A DNA stretch of 64,000 nucleotides from Anaeramoeba ignava BMAN. Taxonomy: Eukaryota > Protista > Anaeramoebae. The notes below the pieces were generated by a model. It had not been told where the DNA came from. It worked only from the letters and a program-made list of their open reading frames with translations, and ran no database searches. Location: positions 1 to 64,000 of the forward strand of contig JAPDFW010000129.1 of assembly GCA_028826165.1 (NCBI GenBank). Direction: 5' to 3'. Shown here piece after piece: positions 47,604 through 60,379 of this stretch. A program made the position numbers and the translations under genes. How positions within the stretch are numbered: the stretch's first letter is position 1; each line of letters opens with the position of its first letter.

Positions 47604-50484
47604 ATGGCAGAACATAAAACTAAAATTTCAATCAAAACAGATACAACAATAGAAAAAGTTTCTTTTGGATTTAATGGTCTTTTTTCAGGGCCAGTTGTCA
47701 ATGCCAAAAAAATTAAAATCTCAAAAAGAGAACAAACAAATTTGGCAAAATTCCCTGTTTATTTAAATTCACGTGGAGAACCTTTTAATTTATATTTTAA
47801 TCCAGTTTCAATTAATGGTAAAAAAGTTATTTTAAAAGAAGAAAAAAAAACCAAATTTCGCAAAAAAAATTTATTATTATTTTTTTTTTTGATCGTTTTT
47901 TTTAATTTTCCTCTTTTTATTTAATTTTTTTTTTATTTTCTTTTAGATTTAAAAAAACTTTCAAATGAAGATAATCAATCCAAAAATTTTGAAGAAAAAA
48001 AATTTACTTCATTTAATTCTTTAGATAAATTTCCAGATCCAAATAATTTTATAAATTATCAAGAAGTAAATTAAAAATTAAAATTCATTTTGAAATTATA
48101 ATTAAAATTCATTTTGAAATTATAATTAAAATTCATTTTGAAATCAAAATTAAAATTGATTTTAAAATTATAATTAAAATTCATTTATAAAATTGAAATT
48201 AAAATTCATTTTAAAATTGAAATTAAAATTAATTAAAATTAAAATTAAAATTAAAATTAAAATTAAAATTAAATTTAAAATTAAAATTAAAATTAAAATT
48301 AAAATTAAAATTAAAATTAAAATTAAAATTAAAATTAAAATTAAAATTAAAATTAAAATTAAAATTAAAATTGAAATTAAAATTCATTTTAAAATTAAAA
48401 TTAAAATTAAAATTAAAATTAAAATTCATTTTGAAATTATAATTATAATTAAAATTAAAATTGAAATTAAAATTAAAATTAAAATTAAAATTAAAATTCA
48501 AATTAAAATTAAAATTAAAATTAAAATTAAAATTAAAATTAAAATTCATTTTGAAATTCATTTTTAAATTAAAAATTAAAATTCATTTTGAAATTAAAAT
48601 TAAAATTAAAATTAAAATTAAAATTAAAATTAAAATTAAAATTAAAATTAAAATTAAAATTAAAATTAAAATTATAAATAAAATTAAAATTAAAATTGAA
48701 ATTCATTTTGAAATTATAATTAAAATTAAAATTAAAATTAAAATTAAAATTATAATTGAAATTAAAATTAAAATTAAAATTAAAAAATTTTAGTATGAAA
48801 AAGCTGTTTTGGAATGGAAAGGAAAAATAGAAAAAGAACTTGGATATATTTGTCTACCAACAATCATTGGAAAAACATACTATCGTCCAAAAGAGGTTAC
48901 AGTATTTAATTTCAAAAATAAACAAATAAATTGAAATATTTTATTAATTTTCTTTTTTTTTTAAATAAAAACAAAAAGGAACCTTTACCTTCAGAATCAG
49001 AAGTAACTCAAGGATTAACAGAACAAGATTTTGATTTTGAAACAGAAAATTATAGTGAATTTGAGTAAAAATTCATTTATTAATTCCTTTTAATTTTCAT
49101 TTATAAAAAAATTTTTCAAAAATATTTATATTTAAAAAAAAAGTGATACGGAATTATTTGATGATGATGATTTTACTGATTCAGATACTCTAGAAAATAA
49201 TCCTGATTCAATTAAAATCTCAAAAGAAAATTTAAATGCTTTTTTAAATGAAAATGAAAATGAAAATCAAAATCAAAATCAAAATGAAAATGAAAATAAA
49301 AATCAAAATCAAAATGAAAATGAAAATCAAAATCAAAATGAAAATGAAAATGAAAATGAAAATATAAATCAAAATGAAAATATAAATCAAAATGAAAATC
49401 AAATCAAAAAAATCAAAATCAAAATCAAAAATCAAAATCAAAATCAAAATCAAAATCAAAATCAAAATGAAAATGAAAATGAAAATCAAAATCAAAATCA
49501 AAATCAAAATCAAAATCAAAATCAAAATGAAAATCAAAATCAAAATCAAAATCAAAATCAAACTCCAAAAAAAGAGACTCCAAAAAAACAAAATAAAATA
49601 ACAATAATTGAAACTTCAAATTCAAAAATAAAAGCAAATTCAGAAAACAAAAAATTAATTCTCACTCCTTTACAACAATTAAAATTATTACAAGCATTTG
49701 ATCAAGGACAAGATTTGTAAAAAAAAATTTATATTTTGATAAAAAAAAAATCACATAAATTATTTTATTAAGAAGGAAAAAATTTGAATGAAATATTTGA
49801 ATTAATTTTAAATTTAGATCCAAAATTGATCTTGATAGTTTTAATTTTGATGTTTCAAAAGCAGTTTCTCAATTTCTTGAATGGAATTCACAATTAATTC
49901 CACAAGAACCAAATCCACATTTTTATAAAACTTATGAACAATTTGAACGTGCTTATTATAGATGGACTCAAATATGTTATTCTATGTTGAATGAAATTCC
50001 ACTTCATTCAGATCAATTTCAAGAACAAATTGGTTTAACACAACCAAGAGTAAATTTTAATTTCAATTTCAAAATGAAATTTAATTTATAATTTTAATTT
50101 AAATTTAAATTTAAATTTATAATATCAAAATTAATTTTAATTTTAATTCAATTTCAAAATGAATTTTCATTTTAATTTTAAATTTATAGAAAAATCAAAT
50201 TCAACAAGAAGCTAAAAAAAAAGATATTCCTTGTGTTCATAATAATTGGTCTAATGCTATAACAAATGTTTTACAAGAATATAGTTTAAAAGTAAAACAA
50301 AAATTTATTATCAAAAGTTTTTTATTGGAATTATTTAAAATTCAAATTATTTTTTTTATAAAAGTCTCCTCGTTTTTTAAGAAAAAATTCTTCAGATTCT
50401 TCACCTAGTTTTTTTTCAATTTCTTTATTTAATTCTCATCAAAAAAAGGTAATTTATATTAAAAATATATTTATTTAATATATA

Positions 50485-50516
<32 letters not shown>

Positions 50517-53500
50517 TGAATGATTTAAAAAATTAGGAAGAAATTCAATCATATTTTGGGAAAGTTTTAAAAATAATTCAAGAAAATCAAGAAAAATTTG
50601 GCAAAAATACATCGCCAATTTGTGGCAAATTACATGGAGTTTTAAAAGTAAATTTAACAAAAGAAATTTGGAAATTGTTTAAAAAATGATTGAAAAATTA
50701 AAAAAAAAAAAGAAATTTAGCCCAAATCAAAGTGGCGCAACTTTAATTTCAAATGGAGCTCTTTTGAATAATTATTTTTCAGCAAATGATTCAAAACGTT
50801 TTGATTCAGAATCAATAATTGAAGGAAATGAATTAGATTTTTCTGTTCCAGAATATGATTTAAGAAACACAGTAGTTTTTATCTTCAACAAAAAACAAAA
50901 AACAAAAAACAAATTTAATCAATTATTCAAATTTTTTATTCAAATTTAAAGATTCAATTTAATAATATTAGGGAAAATTCAGTTTATGCCAATAAAATTA
51001 GAACTCAAATTTTATTAGTTCGTTTTGAAAGAAGAAATCAACAATATTATTCATGGCAGAATTTAAAAAAATATCCTCCTTCTGTTTGTGAAATTAATCT
51101 TTATTCTTTTTATGAAAAAATTTATTTATTTATTTATATTTTCAAAAATTTTTAGTATCAACAAAAAATTAATCAAAAAATTGAAGAGATTATTCAAAAA
51201 GATGATTTTAATCTTGAAGATTTTATTAATGCTTTAATATCACCACAAGTACTTACAAACAAAATTAAAATGAATAATTTATTTTTAGAAATCAAATTAA
51301 AAAAAATCAAATTAAAAAAAATCAAATTAAATTAAAAAAATTTAGCTTGTTAATCAATTTGAAGAATTATTAGAAAAATTAAAAACAAAACAAAGAAAAA
51401 AGGAAGATGATGAAAATTTTATAGATGAAGACGAAAAATTATTTCTTTCAGTGATTCGAGTTGAACAAATATCATCAATTCTTGACCTTTTTGATTTGAA
51501 TTTTGATCAATTAATTCATGTTAAAATAAGTCGATTTATTTATGAAATGATGAAAACAGAAATAGGAGTAACTGTTTTGAATCATTTAGTTTCTCAAAAA
51601 GAGGTTCGATATCTTTATTTTTTTACTTATGGACTTTCAATTTATTCGTCTATACCAGTTGAATTATTTCCAAATATTGAAGAAATGAGATGGGTTATTG
51701 AAAAAGTAATTTTAAATTTAATTAAAATTAAAATTCATTTATAAAATTCATTTATAAAATTTAAAATTCATTTACAAAATTAAAATTAAAATTAAAATTT
51801 AAATTCAATTAAAATTAAAATTCATTTATAAAATTCATTTATAAAATTAAAATTAAAATTAAAATTCATTTATAAAATTCATTTATAAAATTTAAAATTA
51901 AAATTAAAATTAAAATCAAAATTCATTTATAAAATTAAAATTAAAATTCATTTATAAAATTCATTTATAAAATTAAAATTAAAATTCATTTATAAAATTA
52001 AAATTAAAATTAAAATCAAAATTCATTTATAAAATTAAAATTAAAATTCATTTATAAAATTAAAATTAAAATTAAATTTAATTGATTTGAATTGAAAATA
52101 GAAATTCGGAAAAGGAACTTCCTTTTTAGACTTTTTAAAAGAACTTCAAATCCTTTATTATTTACGAACAATTTTACAAATACTTAGATCAATAGATAGT
52201 CTTAGAATATTTCTGGAAAAAAGTATTGTCGAACAAGAAAAAGTAGTAATAGGTTTTGTGGAGAAAAAACCTGATATTTTAACAAAAGATTTATTAGATG
52301 GAATGCGGTCATCATCATCAACAATGTCTGCATTTTTTGTGTTTCTATTTATACAAACATTAAAATGCGAATATAAAGGATTCAAGAAAATTGTTTTTGG
52401 AAAGAAAATAGACCTGATTGCTGCAATACGCGTTCTTGGAAAATCAAAATATCAACACTCACAAAACGCGGCAGCAAGAATTTGGGATTTTATGAAGACA
52501 GCAAAGTTTCTGAAACTTTTCCTCCGAATTTACTCTGAAAATCACATTGTTTCAGATCTTTTTTCACATCTTGAAGTGGAGGATGTTTATTCCTTTTTAA
52601 CAAAACAATTTGAAGAAGCAAGTAAAATTATGCAAGAAAAAATACTTGCAAAGAAAAAAAACCCGAAAAATCGGGGAAAAAAAGGCAAAAGAGAAAGAAA
52701 AACAGATTCGAAATTGGATCATTCGAAATCAAAGACTGAAGCGCATGAATTCCACAAGAACGTGATGAAATTGCCATCAAAAATATCGACACTTGCAGTG
52801 TCTTTTGGATGTTATATATTTGAGCAGTTTCCAGAGTTTCCTGATTGGATCAACAAAGAGGGAACTGTGGCAATATTATCACCAAATCTTTTTTGGCTTT
52901 TATTATCGGGGTTGCGCTACTCAGTCACACATGGAGAATACACGGCGGAATGCCAAGGAATATCGAGTTTTGCACTCGAAATGATTAAGTGTCTTTTACT
53001 TCTTAAAAATGTAGTTGGAACGCCTTATTTGGCGAAAATGGAGCCGCGAAAAATTGATAAAAAACGCAGTTTGCCGCAGAAAAATCAACTCCTTGTTTCG
53101 CGAAATGATCTGAAAACATTGCTTTTCTTGATCGAAAATTCGCCGCAAGAAGAATATGGATTCAAAACTAATATTTTGGAAATTTTCCGTTATTTGATGA
53201 AGGAACGGTCGGTTTTCAAAGAAGCTTTTGAGACAAATTTCAATCTTGCTTATAAAATTAAGGATTTTTGTTCTGATGGAAATGATATTAATTTCAACCG
53301 CAATGCTTGGCGAACATTTTATCAATTTTTTCATTATCACACAAAAATATGTCAAAAATTTATTAAGAATAATATAATATCTTCTTTTATGGAATCAATT
53401 TCGATCCATTCACGCTTGCCTTGTTCTCATGGATTGCGCTATTTTGGAAAGCTTCTTCAGATCAATATCATCAATTCAAACCGCATTTCAAAAGGAAAAG

Positions 53501-53799
53501 TTTCTGCAAGGCATAATTACAAAGACTCAATCAAATCCTTTGAAAAAGATGCTAAATTAATTGCAGATCATTTACTTCAAAGAGGTCTTTTTGTCCGTTT
53601 TCATATTTTGTATAAAAACTCTATTAAATCTGATAATTTTATTAATTTCTCTCAACTCTATCAAATTTATAATGTTATTTCTTATGCTCCTCATTGTTCC
53701 AAATTGAGAAATGAAATTCGTAAAGATGATTCTTACAGAAAAGGTATTGAATTCTTCCAAAACATTAAAAAACCAAAAGATTCTCAAGATAAAAAGTGA
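47604..53799 (+). CDS. Large multi-exon scaffold resembling Dictyostelium Sca1-complex scaffold ScaA
   Basis: Spliced N-terminus: GFNG..PVYLNSRGEPF..FPDPNNFINYQE|YEKAVLEWK..LGYICLPTIIGKTYYRP. A second copy of the motif: LIPQEPNPHFYKTYEQFERAYYRW. Helical C-terminal exon 52102-53799. More than 10 GT-AG introns traced. The family call is from recalled motif similarity only. Confidence 0.6.
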
Positions 53800-53939
53800 T
53801 TGAATTTTTTTTCTTTTTTTCTTTCTTTCTTTTTTTTTCTTTTCAATTTTCTTTTTAAAATAAATTTTTTTAATTTTAATTTTTAAATTTTTAAATGAAT
53901 TTTTAAATGAATTTTTTAAATGAATTTTTTAATTGGAAA

Positions 53940-55660
53940 TTAAAATAAAAGCATCCGATTTGCTCTGAAAATTAAATCAATAATCTTATTTTGTTTTGAA
54001 GAAAGAAAAGGTCTCAATTCAAGACTAATAGATTGAAAATTAGTTCTATCAGATTGTTGAATAGAAATTAAAATTTCACTAAAAAGACTAAAAAAATCAT
54101 CTTTTGAAAGATAATTTTGGTCAAATAACCGACATGATAAAGAAGGTTCCTTTTCTTGCTCATTTGAATCCTTATATAATATCTCTTGAAGTTCTGCAAG
54201 CACATTTGTTGCAACTGGATACCGATGAAGAAGTAAATAAAGTAAAAATAAAGTCACTCTTGAATCAAGTCCAACTTGTTCAAAATAAATTATATCTTCT
54301 GATTTTTTTTCTTGTGAAAAATTCGAAAATATCCTTTTTTTCTGCTCCAAAATATCCTGTTCAAGTTCTATCATCATTTCATCTTCAATTTGCTTCGCTT
54401 TCTTTTTCTCTTCTTCTATTTTTTTTGCTTTCTTTTTCTCTTCTTCAGTTTGTTTTCCTTTTCTTTCAATTTTTTTCTTTTTTCCTTCAATAAATTCAAT
54501 TTTTGTTTTTGCTTGAATTTTTCCTTCAATTTCTTGTAAATTAATTGAGAAAGAAATTTTTTTTGAATTTGATTTTAAATTTTCATTTGATTTTAAATTT
54601 TCATTTGATTTTAAATTTTCATTTTGATTTTAAATTTTCATTTGATTTTAAATTTTCTTTTGATTTTAAATTTTCTTTTGATTTTAAATTTTCTTTTGAT
54701 TTTAAATTTTCTTTGGATTTTGAATTTTCTTTTGATTTGGATTTGGATTTTGAATTTGAATTTTGAATTTGAATTTGAATTTTCGTTTAATTTTGATCTT
54801 TCTTTTAATTTTGGAATTGTTTTATTTGTTTGAATTGATTGAATTTTTAAATTTTCTTGAATTTTTGGATTTTCTTGAATTGTTAAATTTTCTTCTTTAG
54901 TTTCCAAATCAAGTCTTAAACTTCTTTTAAGAGATAAAAAGTTATTAAGACTTGAGAGTTGTGATACAATTGTCAAGATGAATTTGAGTAAATAGTTAAT
55001 TGTTTTACAAGCTTTTGAATAATTTTGCGAATCAATTAAACAATCAACTGATTGTTTAAGAAGAAAAACAAATAAAGTTGGATTATCATTTTTGACAAGC
55101 AATGCTGTTTGTTCAAAAAACAACGAGGATTGAGAAAACTCCCCAACAGATCGCATTGAGAGAGCGAGTTGATAATAAGTATTCGCAGCTAAAATGGGAA
55201 AATTCTTCTGCTTGTAGAAATATGCCGATTGCAGTGAGTAAAGCATACCTGCTGTTTGGTTATTATAAAGATTGGGATAATTCAATGATTTTGTGAGCTC
55301 GATATTCTCTCTTAAAAAATCCCCGCCTGCTTCTGATAAATATGCTGCTTGATGAAGTTGATCTCCTAATGAATTATAACACTTTGATATTGAAGCTGAA
55401 CATAAACCTGCATATGAATAATCCTTTTTGGCTTTGAATTTGTCACGAAGACTCAGAAAATCTTCGATCGCTTGATTGTATTTAGGCTTCCTCATGAACC
55501 GTCTTTTGATGTTGTTTTTTAATGGATGAATTTTAATTAAATTTTTAAATCGATTTTTTTTATTTTTAATTTAAATTTTTTTTTTTAAAATTTTTAATAA
55601 ATTTTTTTTTAACTTTTTTAATGATTGAAATGTTTTATTAAGTTGTGCTAAATCGCTCAT
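53940..55660 (-). CDS. F8A1: 40-kDa huntingtin-associated protein (HAP40/F8A)-like, with a low-complexity central insert
   Basis: Exon 1 MSDLAQLNKTFQSLK, intron 55503-55613, then KRFMRKPKYNQA..YAGLCSASISKC..EAG (compare HAP40 KKRFLRKPNV..YAA.C..A.ARC). C-terminal VTLFLLYLLL..LELRPFLSSKQNKIIDLI. Confidence 0.75.
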
Positions 55661-55759
55661 TTCTTGTTATTGGAAAATTTTTGAAAAGAAAAAAAATGAA
55701 AAAAAATGAAAAAAAATTTGAAAAAGAAAAAGAAAATTTGAAAAAATGAAAGAATTTTT

Positions 55760-57227
55760 TTAAATGAAAAAAGTTTCAAGTTCTTCAACTTCCCAATAAT
55801 CAAAAGAACCTGCTAAATAACTTTTAGCTTCATTTGATCTGTATTGAATTCCATTAGGTAAATTGTAACAAAGACCAAAATTTGAAAAATTGTTTAAGAA
55901 ATGATCCAAAGAAATATCATCTTTTCCAAAACATGGTCCACAATCAGGATGATAATAAAGTGCAAATTTTTCTTTTCCTTGTTTGATTGTAAACTTTTCA
56001 GGTTCTCTATCATTCTTATCATTACTTAATGAGAAAAATAAATGCATTTGGATCTGAAATATATCCATCAACTCCTGTATAATTCGTCCATTTTGATTCA
56101 TCACTTATCCATCCAATTGAAGTAAATCCTCCAAAAATAAAATTCTTGTTGGATTTGATAATAACTAATGTTTTTCCTTGATTATCACAAATATCATGCC
56201 ATTTTTCATAATTAATTCCATCTTTTTTTGTTGAATATCCTTTTTGCATTTTGAAAAAGAATTCATTATCATTTATCCATTCTTTTATTTTCTTAAAATG
56301 AATTAATTCTTTGATAATTTTTGATTTAAATCTTATTCTTGATTGGAAAATGAATGAATTTTCATTTTGAAATTCATTTTGAATAAATTCTTTCAATTCG
56401 TTTTCATTTTCTTGAAGTTTTTGGAATTGAATTAATTTTTGTGAAATTTGTTTTGGAATTAAATTTTGTTTCAAAATATCTTTAAGTTCTTGTTTTGAGT
56501 AATCAATAAATCTAATTTTATCAATAATATTTGAAATTTGATCTTGTAATTTTTCTTTTTCTTATTGAGTTTTTCAATTCTTTTTTCTTGATTAATATTT
56601 GATTTATGTTTTCCCCATTTTATTATTGATTGAAATAGTTCAAATTCATTTGTTTCAACATCATGACGTGATAAAATTGAATTTAAATGATTTTCTTCAA
56701 GTTCAAGAAAAAATGGAGTTTTAATAAATTTATCAAGATTTTCAAAAATAAATTGATAACAAGAATCCAATAATTGATTTAAGTTCATTGTTTCAGATAA
56801 TTTAAGAATATCAACAATAGTTTCAATTTGTAAATGGTTTTTGATAAAATTTGAAGAAATTCCAATTAATTCATCAATTAAATATTTTGATGAAAAAATT
56901 AAAATTTCAATTGCATTTTCTAAATTAATTTTAATTTTTCCTGAATAAAAATAATTTAAAATTGAAGATAGAATTGAACTTGAAACATCTTTTAGAATTA
57001 ATTTATTATTTTCTTGAAATTCTTTTGTTTTTGATTTAAAAAGAGTTTTAAAATAATAACTTCTTGAAGAAAGAATTGATTTATGAGTTTTAAATGAAAT
57101 TTTGATTTTGTTCACAAATTATTTCAAAATCAAAATAACTTTCTTCTTCATTTTCTTTTTGATTTTGATTTTGAAATAAATTTTTTAAATCATTTGAAAG
57201 TTTTTCTAAATTTGAATAAGTTTCCAT
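55760..57227 (-). CDS. BTB-BACK-TLDc protein, copy 1 (several frameshifts)
   Basis: METYSNLEK start at 57227; ORF pieces 56471-57115, 56022-56474 and 55760-56104. TLDc motifs WHDICDNQGKTLVIIKS..FIFGGFT, DPNAFIFSL, YLAGS..EVEELETF. Confidence 0.8.
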
Positions 57228-57288
57228 TTTTTATTTAAAATGAAAAAAATGAAAAATGAAAAATGAAAAATGAAAAATAAAATTTTTT

Positions 57289-58782
57289 TTAAATAAAAAA
57301 AGTTTCAAGTTCTTCAACTTCAAATGAAGAAGAACCAGCTAAATAACTTTTAGCTTCATTTGTTTTATATTTAATATCATTAGGTAAATTATAAGTATGT
57401 CCAAAATTTGAATCACCTTGTTTTAAATTAGAATTAAAACAAAAATCATGACTTTTATAAATATTTTCTCCTCCAAAATTTGGACCAAAATGTTGATTAT
57501 AATAAATTGCATAATCTTCGAAATTTGATTTAATTTTAAATATCTCAGGTTTTCTATCATTCTTATCATTTCTTAAGGAGAAAATAAATGCATTTGGATC
57601 TGAAATATAACCATTATTTCCATAATTATCTGACCATTTTGATTTATCATTTGTAAATCCAATTGAAGTAAATCCTCCAAAAATAAAATTATCTTTGGAT
57701 TTAATAATAACTAATGTTTTTCCTTTATTATCACAAATTGAATGCCATTTTTTACAATCAATTCCTTCTCTTTTTGTTGAATATCTTTTTTCCATTTTGA
57801 AAAAGAATTCATTATCATTTATCCATTCTCTTAATTTATCAGCATATTCATTAACTTGAATAATCTCTGAATCTAATTTGAATCTTGTTTTGAAAATGAA
57901 TGAATTTCCATTTTCTTTTTGAATAAATTGAATAAATTCTTTCAATTTATTTTCATTTTCTTGAATTATTTGGAAATAAATTAATTTTTGTGAAATTTGA
58001 TCTGGAATTAAATCTTCTTTCAAAGTATCTTCAAGTTCTTGTTTTGTGAAATCAATAAATCTGATTTTATGAATAATATTTGAAATTTGATCTTGAAATT
58101 TTTCTTTTTCTTTTTTTTTGAGTTTTTGATTATCTTTTTCTTGATTAATATTTGATTTATGTTTTCCCCATTTTATTATTGATTGAAATAGTTCAAATTC
58201 ATTTATTGGAATTTTATCATTTGATAATATTGAATTTAAATGATTTTCTTCAAGTTCAAAAAAAAATGGAGTTTTAATAAATTTATCAAAATTTTCAGAA
58301 ATAAATTGATAAGCAAAATACAATAATTGATTTAAATTCATTGTTTCAGATATTTTAAGAATATCAACAATACTTTCAATTTGTAGATTCTTTTTGATAA
58401 AATTTGAAGAAATTTCAATTAATTCATCAATTAAATATTTTGATGAAAAAATTAAAATTTGAATTGCATTTTCTAAATTAATTTCAATTTTTCCTGAATA
58501 AAAATAATTTAAAATTGAAGATAGAATTGAACTTGAAACATCTTTTAGAATTAATTTATTTTCTTGATATTCTTTCATTTTAGATTTAAAAAGAGTTTTA
58601 AAATAATAACTTCTTGAAGAAAGAATTGATTTATGAGTTTTAAATGAAATTTGATTTTGTTCACAAATTATTTCAAAATCAAAATAACTTTCATCTTCAT
58701 TTTCATTTTCATTTTGATTTTGATTTTGAAATAAATTTTTTAAATCATTTGAAAGTTTTTCTAAATTTGAATAAGTTTCCAT
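57289..58782 (-). CDS. BTB-BACK-TLDc protein, copy 2 (intact)
   Basis: FDFEIIC..FKTHKSILSSRSYYFKTLF (BTB), EFELFQSIIKWG..IRF (BACK), TLDc C-terminus. Confidence 0.9.
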   Translation of the reverse strand: METYSNLEKLSNDLKNLFQNQNQNENENEDESYFDFEIICEQNQISFKTHKSILSSRSYYFKTLFKSKMKEYQENKLILKDVSSSILSSILNYFYSGKIEINLENAIQILIFSSKYLIDELIEISSNFIKKNLQIESIVDILKISETMNLNQLLYFAYQFISENFDKFIKTPFFFELEENHLNSILSNDKIPINEFELFQSIIKWGKHKSNINQEKDNQKLKKKEKEKFQDQISNIIHKIRFIDFTKQELEDTLKEDLIPDQISQKLIYFQIIQENENKLKEFIQFIQKENGNSFIFKTRFKLDSEIIQVNEYADKLREWINDNEFFFKMEKRYSTKREGIDCKKWHSICDNKGKTLVIIKSKDNFIFGGFTSIGFTNDKSKWSDNYGNNGYISDPNAFIFSLRNDKNDRKPEIFKIKSNFEDYAIYYNQHFGPNFGGENIYKSHDFCFNSNLKQGDSNFGHTYNLPNDIKYKTNEAKSYLAGSSSFEVEELETFFI

Positions 58783-58834
58783 TTTTAAATTAAAATGAAA
58801 AAAATGAAAAATGAAAAAATGAAAAAATAAAATT

Positions 58835-60324
58835 TTAAATGAAAAAAGTTTCAAGTTCATCAACTTCCCATTTATCATAAGAACCAGCTAAATAACTTTT
58901 AGCTTCATTTGTTCCATATTTAATTCCATAAGGAAGATCGTAACTCCTACCAAAATTTGTTCCTCCAGTTTTTAATTTTTCATCCAAAAAAAGATCAGAA
59001 GAAAATTTTCCAAAAGTTGGACCAATATCATCTTGATAAAAAAGAGCAGTTCTATGTTTTAAGTATATAACAGGAAATTTCTCTGGTTTTCGATCATTCT
59101 TATCATTTCTTAATGAAAAAAGAAATGCATTTTCATCTTCAATATATCCAGATTCTCCAAAAATTTTACTCCAATATACATCATTGCTTATAAATCCAAC
59201 TGAAGTAAATCCTCCAAAAATAAAATTATCTTTTGTTTTAATAATAACTAATGTTTTTCCTTGATCATCACAAATATCATGCCATTTGAAACAATTAAAT
59301 CCATCTCTTTGTGTTGAAAATCCTAATCTCATTTTGGAAAAGAATTTATCATCATTTATCCATTCTCTTATTTTATTGAAATGCTCTTTTTCTTGTATTA
59401 TTGTTGAACAATTTAAACCAATTTTTGGTTTGAAAATGAATGAATTTTCATTTCCATTTTCTTTTTCAATAAAATCTTTTAACTCTTTTTCAATAAATTG
59501 ATTTAATTCATTTTCATTTTCTTGAAGTTTTTGGAATTGAATTAATTTTTGTGAAATTTGTTCTGGAATTAAATCTTCTTTCAAAATATCTTTAAGTTCT
59601 TGTTTTGTGAAATCAATAAATCTGATTTTATCAATAACATTTGAAATTTGATCTTGTAATTTTTCTTTTTCTTCTTTTTTGAGTTTTTGATTATCTTTTT
59701 CTTGATTAATATTTGATTTATGTTTTCCCCATTTTATTATTGATTGAAATAGTTCAAATTCATCTATTGAAATTTCATAATTTGATAAAATTGAATTTAA
59801 ATGATTTTCTTCAAGTTCAAGAAAAAATGGAGTTTTAATAAATTTATCAAAATTTTCAAAAATAAATTTATAGGAAGAGTTTAATAATTTATTTAAGTTC
59901 ATTGTTTCAGATAATTTAAGAATATCAACAATAGTTTCAATTTGTAAATGATTTTTGATAAAATTTAAAGAAATTCCAATTAATTCATCAATTAAATATT
60001 TTGATGAAAAAATTAAAATTTGAATTGCATTTTCTAAATTAATTTTAATTTTTCCTGAATAAAAATAATTTAAAATTGAAGATAGAATTGAACTTGAAAC
60101 ATCTTTTAGAATCATTTATTTTCTTGATATTCTTTCATTTTGGATTTAAAAAGAGATTTAAAATATTAACTTCTTGATGAAAGAATTGATTTATGAGTTT
60201 TAAATGAAGTTTGATTTTGTTCACAAATTATTTCAAAATCAAAATAACTTTCTTCTTCATTTTGATTTTGAAATAAATTTTTTAAATCATTTGAAAGTTT
60301 TTCTAAATTTGAATAAGTTTCCAT
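58835..60324 (-). CDS. BTB-BACK-TLDc protein, copy 3 (stop and frameshift near 60115-60168)
   Basis: ORFs 60166-60324 and 58835-60115 are colinear with the paralogs; a TAT>TAA change after SSRS plus a missing base. Confidence 0.78.
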
Positions 60325-60379
60325 TTTATATTTAAAATGAAAAAAATGAAAAAAATGAAAAAATGAAAAATAAATTTTT

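Noticed and set aside
45640-49637. Poly-IL, poly-IK, poly-FN and poly-DF ORFs (also at 3647, 16606, 16653, 20529 and 54545)
   Set aside because: They are alternative-frame or antisense readings of hexamer or 12-mer repeats.
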